A stretch of DNA of 24,946 nt from a virus (Duplodnaviria; Caudoviricetes). This document shows, piece by piece, positions 9,522 to 16,815 of the stretch (its first letter is position 1; every line of letters begins with the position of its first letter). The notes beneath the pieces were generated by a model. That model was not told the origin of the DNA, ran no database searches, and worked only from the letters and a program-made list of their open reading frames with translations. Made by a program: the position numbers and the translations under genes. The DNA lies in the IMG/VR virus record IMGVR_UViG_3300005326_000343, positions 1 through 24,946 of that record; one strand, 5' to 3'.

Positions 9522-9899
9522 TCAGATCTCCCTGCGTTTCAGTTGTACTTCAATATGGGTTTCTTTAGGGATTGGTTTCAACATCTGGAAATGATAAGAT
9601 ACACCTTGGAGGGTGTAATCTAGTTCATTGTTTTCACTGAGATTGTCGGCGTCTTCAAGTCTGAAAAGTCCTTTACCGTCATTTGCTTGGAGTATTCCAT
9701 TATTGACCATCTTTTCGCTGCCATCCATGATTCTTATCCGGGCCTTGGTGGTCACGGTGGTTTCAGTGAATATATTATTATCTCGATCATCAAGGACTTC
9801 CTCACCTTCCTCATCTAGCTCTGGAGTTCTGCAAGTAATGGTGACGTCATGACCATACTTGTTTATGAATGAATTGAACTGAGCCTTCAATGATGCCAT
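9522..9899 (-). CDS. Putative head-closure protein
   Basis: 125 aa, beta-rich, YGHDVTI start, follows the head-tail adaptor. Confidence 0.65.
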   Translation of the reverse strand: MASLKAQFNSFINKYGHDVTITCRTPELDEEGEEVLDDRDNNIFTETTVTTKARIRIMDGSEKMVNNGILQANDGKGLFRLEDADNLSENNELDYTLQGVSYHFQMLKPIPKETHIEVQLKRREI

Positions 9900-10282
9900 C
9901 TCCTGGCTCTAGCACCTACCGGCATGGAAGGTTTGATTTGTGCTATGTATGAAGAGTAGTATTCTTCATAGGTTTGAGGTTCGTCTTTATTTTCCCCCGC
10001 TTTGAAGGTTACATTAAAATCCCCATCCTTATAGCTGGTTACGTTACTAGTTAATGATTCTATGAGTCCCTTTCTCTCCAGCCATGATAGTACATTATAG
10101 ATGCAGGCCATCTTCATATAGTATAGAATGGTTTCATCTGTTGGTGTGGTGGTTTGTTCACTGTCTCGGTACACTTCAATAGTAGCCCCCGGGATGCGAT
10201 ATTCAATCTGGGTGTCTAGATCGTCAGTGAATTGGCCCTCACTAGATACATCAGTGGCCGTGCAAAGGTTATCATAGGTCAT
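9887..10282 (-). CDS. Putative head-tail adaptor (connector)
   Basis: LCTATDV N-terminus and VTSYKDGDFNVTF beta hairpin typical of adaptors; ATG 10282 after GGAGGT. Confidence 0.7.
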   Translation of the reverse strand: MTYDNLCTATDVSSEGQFTDDLDTQIEYRIPGATIEVYRDSEQTTTPTDETILYYMKMACIYNVLSWLERKGLIESLTSNVTSYKDGDFNVTFKAGENKDEPQTYEEYYSSYIAQIKPSMPVGARARRWHH

Positions 10283-10297
10283 TTTTAAAACCTCCAA

Positions 10298-10792
10298 TCA
10301 CTTTTTAGGGTTTAATATTAAGTTCAATGCCCTGACTTGTACCTGTTCTTCTCTCCTAAGGATGTTGCTTTTGTTTATCACAATCTTCTCATTTTCAGCT
10401 TCTAACCATTTCTTAATGTGTTTCGGTGATAGTTGCCCAGGGTGGAGAGATTCCCATGCGAAGCCTTTCATTTTGATTATGATTTCAGCCTCTCCGTACT
10501 CTTCGGGTGGAGTGTCATAACTGACTATAACTTTATTAAGGACTTCACAGTCTGATTTAGGGCATTCAAACATCTTAGGTGGAACACCTACTTTCATGAA
10601 ATCTTCGGGTTTGACTCTTAATTTAGTGCCACAGGCTTTACACCTGATGTCTTTAATCTTCTTGGTTTCACCGTCTAGGTGTATATTCATCTTTTTACTC
10701 CGTAAACGCAGTTCCATGTTTTCTATTTCTGGAATTGAGTTTGGGAGTGTTTCTTCTGTGTTAACTTTAGTATCATTCTTATTTTTTGACAT
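10298..10792 (-). CDS. Zn-finger hypothetical protein
   Basis: CKAC...CPKSDC; GGAGG RBS; between MCP and adaptor. Confidence 0.7.
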   Translation of the reverse strand: MSKNKNDTKVNTEETLPNSIPEIENMELRLRSKKMNIHLDGETKKIKDIRCKACGTKLRVKPEDFMKVGVPPKMFECPKSDCEVLNKVIVSYDTPPEEYGEAEIIIKMKGFAWESLHPGQLSPKHIKKWLEAENEKIVINKSNILRREEQVQVRALNLILNPKK

Positions 10793-10812
10793 AGTTCATG
10801 TCCTCCTTTTAT

Positions 10813-10855
10813 TTAAAAAAAGGGAAAAATAGAAGGGATGAAAAATAAAATCCCT
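10813..10855 (-). terminator. Hairpin plus oligo-T terminator after MCP
   Basis: Minus strand AGGGAT...ATCCCT followed by TTTTTCCCTTTTTTT. Confidence 0.55.
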
Positions 10856-10860
10856 TGGGT

Positions 10861-11751
10861 TTATACGGAAGCTTCTATCAGGTTGTCCAGTTTAACAAAT
10901 CCGTTAACATCGTGGATGTCAAGGCTCTGGTAGGTGACAACGTTGAATGGGAAGGTCTGGTTTTCGGTTTCAGCGTATTGTCTGAGGTTGATTTCTTCTT
11001 CAACATACCTTTCAGCAACTTCCTGATCGAATGCGGCGAGCACCCCGGCATCTTCAGGTATAATGGTTGCTCCACCGTTGGCGGTTGCGGGTGCTTGGAG
11101 TATATCATTCATTCCGTTCTTGAATAAGAGGGCAATCTGGGATATGAAAGATAAGCTACTGTTAGGCATGGTTTTATGTGCGGCCCAGTAAGCCTTAGGG
11201 CTTAGGATTAAACGTTTTTCAGCATCCCCATAAAGTCCATCCTCGGTTAGTTCACCCATCATTCCGACAACATCATTGAGTGGGTTTCCATTGGTGGAGT
11301 TCCATTCGTAATTATCAGTTACGGTGTAACTTTTACCTGCGTCTGCGTAGATCCCTTTGATGTTAAGTTCATCTATTCCATTGAAGATCATGTCTTCAAC
11401 AGATTCCAGGACCGCCCGGTTACTAGCATTTGAACCGGCGGTGGGCAATACATTTCCTGCAAGTTGTAGCGCTTCTATATCTTTCCTGTGGAGGGCGAAC
11501 CCGTGGATGTGCTCAGGTATGTAGGTTGTTTTCCGGGTTAAGTCAGGGGTTTCTCTTGGAACAGGCTGGCCTTTCTTACCCCTCATGGCCTTACCTTTCA
11601 AGGCGTTTATTTCATCCCTAGTTATCTGTTGACTCCCTTTAGGGATGTCATCAGATTTTGCCACTGCTAAAGGACCAACTAATGATGTTTTGGCTTTCTG
11701 CAGCAATTTCATTTTGTAATAGTTAAATGCGCTGTCCGGCACCATTCCCAT
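10861..11751 (-). CDS. Major capsid protein, HK97 fold, encapsulin/Linocin_M18-like
   Basis: IPEHIHGFALHRKDIEA...VEDMIFNGIDELNIKGI and LILSP motifs; 296 aa; capsid position in the operon. Confidence 0.88.
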   Translation of the reverse strand: MGMVPDSAFNYYKMKLLQKAKTSLVGPLAVAKSDDIPKGSQQITRDEINALKGKAMRGKKGQPVPRETPDLTRKTTYIPEHIHGFALHRKDIEALQLAGNVLPTAGSNASNRAVLESVEDMIFNGIDELNIKGIYADAGKSYTVTDNYEWNSTNGNPLNDVVGMMGELTEDGLYGDAEKRLILSPKAYWAAHKTMPNSSLSFISQIALLFKNGMNDILQAPATANGGATIIPEDAGVLAAFDQEVAERYVEEEINLRQYAETENQTFPFNVVTYQSLDIHDVNGFVKLDNLIEASV

Positions 11752-11753
11752 AT

Positions 11754-12176
11754 TTACACTCTCCTATCCATGTCTATTCTTACAATGTCACCAACATCCC
11801 CACCGTCTAAGATGGTTCCGCCCACTGTAGCAGCGTCAGCGGTTGCTATTGTAGTGGGTAGTGATGCGGCCACGGCCCTTCCAACACTGTCAGATTTAAC
11901 CAGGGTTTCAGCGGCCACGGTTTCACCCAATTCAATATAGGTCAATCCGTTCCTCTGTACTTCTGGAATTGTGTTGGCTGCGTAACTATCAGGGGTTCCC
12001 ACAGCAGTAGGGCCTTCTTCTGAGGCTATGGTTATTCCTAAAGGAGTGCATGATGCAGTTCCTTGTAAAAGTTTCTTAGCACCGGTTCCTCTTTTAACGA
12101 ATCTATAAAAGTGGATTTCGGCTTCTGCGTAATTTTCACGGTATAATCTTTCACCGTATGATGGCTGGTATCCCAT
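11754..12176 (-). CDS. Head decoration / cement protein
   Basis: VQRNGLTYIELGETVAAETLVKSDSVGRAV...GDIVRI pattern of cement proteins; lies immediately before MCP. Confidence 0.75.
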   Translation of the reverse strand: MGYQPSYGERLYRENYAEAEIHFYRFVKRGTGAKKLLQGTASCTPLGITIASEEGPTAVGTPDSYAANTIPEVQRNGLTYIELGETVAAETLVKSDSVGRAVAASLPTTIATADAATVGGTILDGGDVGDIVRIDMDRRV

Positions 12177-12214
12177 AAATTCTCATCTCCTATGATTTTT
12201 TTAAAATTAAATAA

Positions 12215-12880
12215 TTATTCTTCAACTTCAACATCGGTCTTACCCATGTTCTCAATGGATTTCTCTAGTTCTTTCATCTTCTTTTCGTCAGCGGATTTGA
12301 TAGTGTTTAGGGTGGTGTCATTGGTGTTTGGTAATTCTCCGGCTGCTATATGTTTGGATGCTATTTTGAGGGCTTTTATATGGGTTTTTAGGACTGCATC
12401 AGGATCGGCCTCTATTTCATCCTTGGTGAATTTGGAATCATCTTCCTCATTCTCTCCAAGTTCGATAGATTTGAATAGGCTGGTTTCATCCTTGATTTTG
12501 GTCTCTTTGTCAATGGTTTTAGTGAGGTCTAAGGCTTTAGTTACCAGGGCTTTATGTTCTTTGTTGGTGTCTTTGTCTGTTAGAGTCTTGATGGTTTCTC
12601 CCTGTGATTTAATCAGTTCGTCTTTGTTGGTGATGTCCTTTTTAAGGGTTTTGATGACTTTGTCTTTTTTATAGTCATTCTGTTCCAGGGTGTCCAGGCG
12701 TTTCAGGATGTCATCATTTGAAGTTCCAGTGTTTTTAGCAAGTTCAGGATCAGGGTCAGGGTCTGCATCAATGCCTAATAGGCCTTTGATGAATTCTTTG
12801 CCGTCTTCTCCAGCGTCTTTTATTTTCTGTACGAAGTCTTTATCCATCCCTTCAGGGATGCTTTTATCTTTATCTGTCAA
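12215..12880 (-). CDS. Putative nested scaffold protein from internal in-frame TTG start
   Basis: GGAGATGA-taaa-TTG at 12880, in frame; same RBS and 4-nt spacing as the gene starting at 3336; gives a 221-aa product. Confidence 0.55.
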   Translation of the reverse strand: MTDKDKSIPEGMDKDFVQKIKDAGEDGKEFIKGLLGIDADPDPDPELAKNTGTSNDDILKRLDTLEQNDYKKDKVIKTLKKDITNKDELIKSQGETIKTLTDKDTNKEHKALVTKALDLTKTIDKETKIKDETSLFKSIELGENEEDDSKFTKDEIEADPDAVLKTHIKALKIASKHIAAGELPNTNDTTLNTIKSADEKKMKELEKSIENMGKTDVEVEE

Positions 12881-14014
12881 TTTATCATCTCCAATTGGTT
12901 TATTTGATTTAAGCGTCCATGCAGACTTCTCAATCATTTTAGTTACAATTTGATCAGTTGCAGGGACGGGGTCACTTAGTTGAACTTCATTTTCCATCGT
13001 AGTATCTCGGGTGTATGGAATTTGATATAAATCTCCAGAATAAGTGGAAATTATAATTGAATCTGGCATGGTGTATCTGAGATAACACTTGCGATCAACC
13101 CAACCTCCTTCCATCTTCTGGCCATATTTTTTGTCTAAAGCCTCATTGATATCATCTCGCACCGATTCATAAGCTTCTTCTACATTTATAACGGATTTTT
13201 TCACATTGTTAACCTCCGAATCTTTAATTCCTAATGATTTCTTCAATTGACCACATAATGAGCCCGAACATGTTTTTTCCCGGGCTGATCCTCTAAGATT
13301 CCAAGCTGCCGGTATGTCAGTTAAAGCTCCTCCGTAAAGTTTAACACCGTCAATTAATGGTTTTCCACTGTCTTTTGAAATAATGCTCTTGGTGGCTTTA
13401 CCTTCTATACTTCCACCTAATGGAGTTCCTGATGCTATCAAGTCTTTAATTTCTTCTTCCCACATCTTCCTCACTCGGAGGTCTACAAACATATCAGTTT
13501 CTTCCCTCCAAGCCTTGGTAGTTGGACCAATTAAATCCTTCAGTTTGTGATTATGGCCATCGTTAATGGCTATTTGAACTTTTTTAAGTTCCTCTACCAT
13601 GCCATCAAGGCCTTTATCACTGATTTCATCATTTTGAAGGTCTTTGATGGTTGTACTCAAACCAAACTGAATATGGTAAAAGCCATCATCACCATCATAT
13701 CCCTTGATGAGGGGCATGGTGAATTTGAAATCTTTATTCAATAAAGCAGTTTTCATGATTGTTTTCTCCTTGTAATTGTCTAACCACTCCCTGGCCGTTT
13801 CTTCTGTGAATTTGGAAGTATCAAATAAGTAATCAATATCCTCAGCCTTACCGCTACCTCGGAGCAATCCACGTCTAGCCTTAACTCCTGCACCATGGTT
13901 TGTGTTGCCTGTGATGTTTATCTCATTTTTATTGTTATTCCTAAAGTCAGACATTGGGTGATTGGGGTTAGGTAGGATAATGTAATCGTCTGACTTGGCT
14001 GTTTTGGTAATCAT
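12215..14014 (-). CDS. HK97-type prohead protease fused to scaffold domain
   Basis: KDLQNDEI, NDGHNH (His), GGSIEG (Ser), LTDIPA motifs; charged coiled-coil C-terminal third. Confidence 0.88.
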   Translation of the reverse strand: MITKTAKSDDYIILPNPNHPMSDFRNNNKNEINITGNTNHGAGVKARRGLLRGSGKAEDIDYLFDTSKFTEETAREWLDNYKEKTIMKTALLNKDFKFTMPLIKGYDGDDGFYHIQFGLSTTIKDLQNDEISDKGLDGMVEELKKVQIAINDGHNHKLKDLIGPTTKAWREETDMFVDLRVRKMWEEEIKDLIASGTPLGGSIEGKATKSIISKDSGKPLIDGVKLYGGALTDIPAAWNLRGSAREKTCSGSLCGQLKKSLGIKDSEVNNVKKSVINVEEAYESVRDDINEALDKKYGQKMEGGWVDRKCYLRYTMPDSIIISTYSGDLYQIPYTRDTTMENEVQLSDPVPATDQIVTKMIEKSAWTLKSNKPIGDDKLTDKDKSIPEGMDKDFVQKIKDAGEDGKEFIKGLLGIDADPDPDPELAKNTGTSNDDILKRLDTLEQNDYKKDKVIKTLKKDITNKDELIKSQGETIKTLTDKDTNKEHKALVTKALDLTKTIDKETKIKDETSLFKSIELGENEEDDSKFTKDEIEADPDAVLKTHIKALKIASKHIAAGELPNTNDTTLNTIKSADEKKMKELEKSIENMGKTDVEVEE

Positions 14015-14214
14015 GGCTTAGTTGCTCCTTTAGAATGAACTTCGATATATTCTGGTTTAACGAAGTAGCGATATTTCTCTAAAAATGGATTTTAAATTAT
14101 GTGAATTGTTTTAAATAGAATAGAATTATGAAAAATGTTTAATTATAATTTTGCATTGGTGAACAATGATTTTGATGAGTTCTCCAAATAAGTTGGATAA
14201 CTGGATTGAACAAT

Positions 14215-14284
14215 TGTATAATCGGTAATGTTATATAATGGTAAAATAAAGTAATATATGGTAATAAATAGGATGTGATAACAA
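14215..14284 (+). promoter_or_regulatory. Putative archaeal promoter and repeated operator-like boxes for the plus-strand operon
   Basis: TTATATAA at 14231-14238; GGTAA at 14224, 14240 and 14260, AGTAA at 14250; GGATGTGAT RBS. Confidence 0.5.
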
Positions 14285-14680
14285 ATGAAATATAAAAACT
14301 TGAAAGAAAGAAAAGACTTTTTTCCAAGCCCGTTCTATAATGAATGGCTTAAACAGTTTAAAGTCATAGAAATCCCTTTAAGCATAAGTGATCTTTCACA
14401 AAGAGAATTGTCCAGAGAGCATATTGCTATGTTGTTTGAAGATGCCTCACGAGTTTTATCAGATGATATTTTTAAATATTATGAAGAAAATGGATTTATA
14501 AATTGTAAAAAACACTCTAAATCTACTCCTTTTAATACAGATTATAGTTTATTTGCTTGTATTCCAATTATTACTCCAGTTGAAGTCCAAACACTTTTAA
14601 GCAGAATTGGTGAATTGGAACATGAAAATGAAATGTTAAGGCGTAACCAAACTGGTTTATTCATCCCAAAGGAGGAATAA
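14285..14680 (+). CDS. Hypothetical protein with C-terminal coiled coil
   Basis: RBS GGATGTGAT; LLSRIGELEHENEMLRR; first gene of a tightly coupled operon. Confidence 0.75.
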   Translation: MKYKNLKERKDFFPSPFYNEWLKQFKVIEIPLSISDLSQRELSREHIAMLFEDASRVLSDDIFKYYEENGFINCKKHSKSTPFNTDYSLFACIPIITPVEVQTLLSRIGELEHENEMLRRNQTGLFIPKEE

Positions 14681-14829
14681 TGATGGACGATGCAGGATAC
14701 AATATTCAAACAGGAACTGCAACGGTTGAAGTCAAATCGAATCACAGGATAAATATTGTTAAGTTGTTAAAATTAATGGATGTTGAAGTAGGTCAAAAGG
14801 TTAAAGTAACAATTGAGAAGGTGGAATGA
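14680..14829 (+). CDS. AbrB/MazE/SpoVT-like small DNA-binding protein (49 aa)
   Basis: Not in ORF track. MMDDAGYNIQTGTATVEVKSNHRINIVKLLKLMDVEVGQKVKVTIEKVE; GGAGG RBS; TAATG overlap with upstream stop; swapped-hairpin pattern. Confidence 0.7.
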   Translation: MMDDAGYNIQTGTATVEVKSNHRINIVKLLKLMDVEVGQKVKVTIEKVE

Positions 14830-15126
14830 ATGGTTGAAAGAATCACTGCTAGAGTTCCTTTGAGTGATGGAAATAATGTTTTCACTAAAGATGCAATAAT
14901 TGATATGCAAAAGCAAATCAAGAATAAACCATTACCTCTCTTTAAAGGGGTTTCACGTAATTTAAAAGATATTATTGGAGTTGTAGATGAAATTAAAGAA
15001 GATGATGGTGGTTATTTTTTTATCGGAGGAATCATTCGTAATTATCATTGGTCTTGGAAAAATGGTAAATGGGTTAAAGTCATTGACAATTTTAATTTAA
15101 TGGATGTTAGTATAAAGGGTGATTGA
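14830..15126 (+). CDS. Miniature, catalytically inactive HK97 prohead-protease homolog
   Basis: Ungapped 53-residue manual alignment to the resident protease (LKDIIG vs LKDLIG); His replaced by Val; Ser-containing segment missing. Confidence 0.7.
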   Translation: MVERITARVPLSDGNNVFTKDAIIDMQKQIKNKPLPLFKGVSRNLKDIIGVVDEIKEDDGGYFFIGGIIRNYHWSWKNGKWVKVIDNFNLMDVSIKGD

Positions 15127-15546
15127 ATGTTAAAATTTAATGGTTTCACGGACGAACAAAAACTATTTAAAAGTCTATTTTTGACCAATGCATCTTTAAA
15201 GATGGAATTTGAAGAAGATGATTTGTTTGGAAGGTTATATACTGCAGCTCTGAACTGTTTAAATGAAGAATATGAAATAAAAGAATCTAAAACAATCAGT
15301 GATACTCTGAAATTCACAGTCACGCTTTACATTGCCCCTCCACTCGAATCAAATATATTTCATCTAAAAGTGATGTTGGATTATCAAAAAGAGTTGTTCA
15401 TGGAAAAATATAACAAAATAATTGAGAGATATAAGCGTGAAATTGGAGAAGGGATGAGTCAATATGTATCATATCATAAAGATGAAAGTAGTGATTTATT
15501 AGAACCTGGAGAAGGTGAGGATGATTTTAGATGTTGTGAAAGGTGA
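15127..15546 (+). CDS. Hypothetical protein
   Basis: GGTGA RBS; abuts the upstream stop; no recognised motif. Confidence 0.75.
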   Translation: MLKFNGFTDEQKLFKSLFLTNASLKMEFEEDDLFGRLYTAALNCLNEEYEIKESKTISDTLKFTVTLYIAPPLESNIFHLKVMLDYQKELFMEKYNKIIERYKREIGEGMSQYVSYHKDESSDLLEPGEGEDDFRCCER

Positions 15547-15550
15547 TTAA

Positions 15551-15865
15551 ATGAGTGATTATGAAACTAAATTAAAAACTATTTTAGAGAACTTAGTTTA
15601 TGACAAACAAGTCAATGATGCTTTAGATTGCATACAGGAATTGAATGAAGAATACAATATGGAACCATCTGATCTATCTATTGTGATTGGGGGCACTCAT
15701 CCTTATGCTGCATTTCAATCTGAAGATGGTGAAATTCGTATCATTGGCCCTCCTTTAGATGAGTTTGGTAAACCAATTAATATGAAGAGTTCTGAAGAAT
15801 CTTATGAAAAAGATGCTGAAGGATTAGCTAGGAAATGGAAGTTAAATAAGAGGTGGGATGAATGA
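15551..15865 (+). CDS. Hypothetical protein with a short neck-protein-like motif
   Basis: GGTGA RBS; IVIGGTHPYAAFQSEDG resembles the VGT..YA motif of HK97 gp10 / Mu gpG-type proteins (weak). Confidence 0.7.
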   Translation: MSDYETKLKTILENLVYDKQVNDALDCIQELNEEYNMEPSDLSIVIGGTHPYAAFQSEDGEIRIIGPPLDEFGKPINMKSSEESYEKDAEGLARKWKLNKRWDE

Positions 15866-16020
15866 ATAATGAAAAATTAAAGGGCATGAGGCTTTGTGAT
15901 TGGGAATTACTACACGTTAAAATATTGCATGACATAAATGATAGTAGGGATGAGGATTTGGCTATTAGATTTTCCAATTGGGCTACTATGACTGGAGTAT
16001 TGGAAAATATTTTAAAATAA
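15862..16020 (+). CDS. Small hypothetical protein (52 aa)
   Basis: Not in ORF track. ATGA overlap, GAGGTG RBS; MNNEKLKGMRLCDWELLHVKILHDINDSRDEDLAIRFSNWATMTGVLENILK. Confidence 0.65.
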   Translation: MNNEKLKGMRLCDWELLHVKILHDINDSRDEDLAIRFSNWATMTGVLENILK

Positions 16021-16033
16021 ATGGTGTGATTGA

Positions 16034-16285
16034 ATGAAAGACGATTCTTTTAAAATTGTTGGCCCCCATTGCACTCTTAAATTAGTTCAAGATGTGCTTA
16101 ACTATGGGTATGTAAATGGAAGAAAAGGTATTGCTTATGGGAAGCCGGAATTTATTATCAGTAAATTAATTGAGTTGGATGGTGATGTTATAGAATGGTC
16201 TGATTCTTCAATTGGTGCCACTCATGTATCAATACCAGGCATAGGTCGTATTAAACTTGATGATTCAGAAGAGGGGATTAAATGA
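16034..16285 (+). CDS. Hypothetical beta-rich protein
   Basis: GGTGTGAT RBS; ATGA overlap with the next gene. Confidence 0.7.
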   Translation: MKDDSFKIVGPHCTLKLVQDVLNYGYVNGRKGIAYGKPEFIISKLIELDGDVIEWSDSSIGATHVSIPGIGRIKLDDSEEGIK

Positions 16286-16641
16286 ATGATAATTTACTCG
16301 AAGGTAAGAACTGTAAATTAGTTATTGGAAATGATAAAGAAGAATACGAAGTTAAAGGGAATGTTCTTTATCATCCTTCATTTGTCAGGCCAGTTGATAT
16401 TCAATATTTTTATCCAAAGGTATCTGAAATATCTCTCGAATGTGATATTGAAGACAATAAAATTTATGAAGTTGCGCATGCAGTTATATCTGAAGTTGAA
16501 ACTGGAAAAGTGGTATTCGTGGGAGAATTACCATTTATTGATGATAAGATTATAATCCCTGACGATTTAGGATTAAGTGAAGATATTGAATACAATATAC
16601 AAGCTTCTGTTATATTAAATGTTGAATTGGAAGTAGATTAA
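16282..16641 (+). CDS. Acidic protein with tail-tube-like N-terminal segments
   Basis: NDNLLEGKNCKLVIG vs resident tube NDVLALQGRNVGLYLG; EISLECD vs EISMTQD. Confidence 0.6.
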   Translation: MNDNLLEGKNCKLVIGNDKEEYEVKGNVLYHPSFVRPVDIQYFYPKVSEISLECDIEDNKIYEVAHAVISEVETGKVVFVGELPFIDDKIIIPDDLGLSEDIEYNIQASVILNVELEVD

Positions 16642-16811
16642 GGATTCTCTGGTTTCTGAGCTTTAATCAGCGCCTTCTTTATCACTTCTTCAATTTCTTT
16701 ATCAGTTGTATCTTCTCGGTTCGTGTACTCTTCCAGTAACTCATTTGCTTTTTCCAGATTGCCTTCATCTGAATGTTTTAAAATATCCTTTTCAAGCTTC
16801 TTTTTAGCCAT
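16638..16811 (-). CDS. Small charged helical protein (57 aa)
   Basis: Not in ORF track. ATG 16811 after GTGAT; MAKKKLEKDILKHSDEGNLEKANELLEEY...PENP; its stop shares TTAA (16638-16641) with the convergent gene. Confidence 0.65.
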   Translation of the reverse strand: MAKKKLEKDILKHSDEGNLEKANELLEEYTNREDTTDKEIEEVIKKALIKAQKPENP

Positions 16812-16815
16812 GTAA

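Noticed and set aside
1880-13744. Many plus-strand ORFs in the track (e.g. 4968-5429, 7191-7580, 12192-12674) antisense to structural genes
   Set aside because: Shadow ORFs with Ser/Leu/Ile-rich antisense composition, no RBS seen, and overlapping well-supported minus-strand genes
14285-14680. Capsid spine-helix mimic (ASRVLSDDIF vs MCP ASNRAVLESVEDMIF)
   Set aside because: Needs several gaps over a very short stretch and cannot be told from chance by eye
14680-15126. AbrB antitoxin plus toxin pair
   Set aside because: The downstream ORF lacks PIN, MazF, RelE or Fic motifs and aligns instead with prohead protease
16034-16285. Second tail-tube-like N-terminus (KIVGPHCTLKL)
   Set aside because: Only two identities to the tube strand; insufficient
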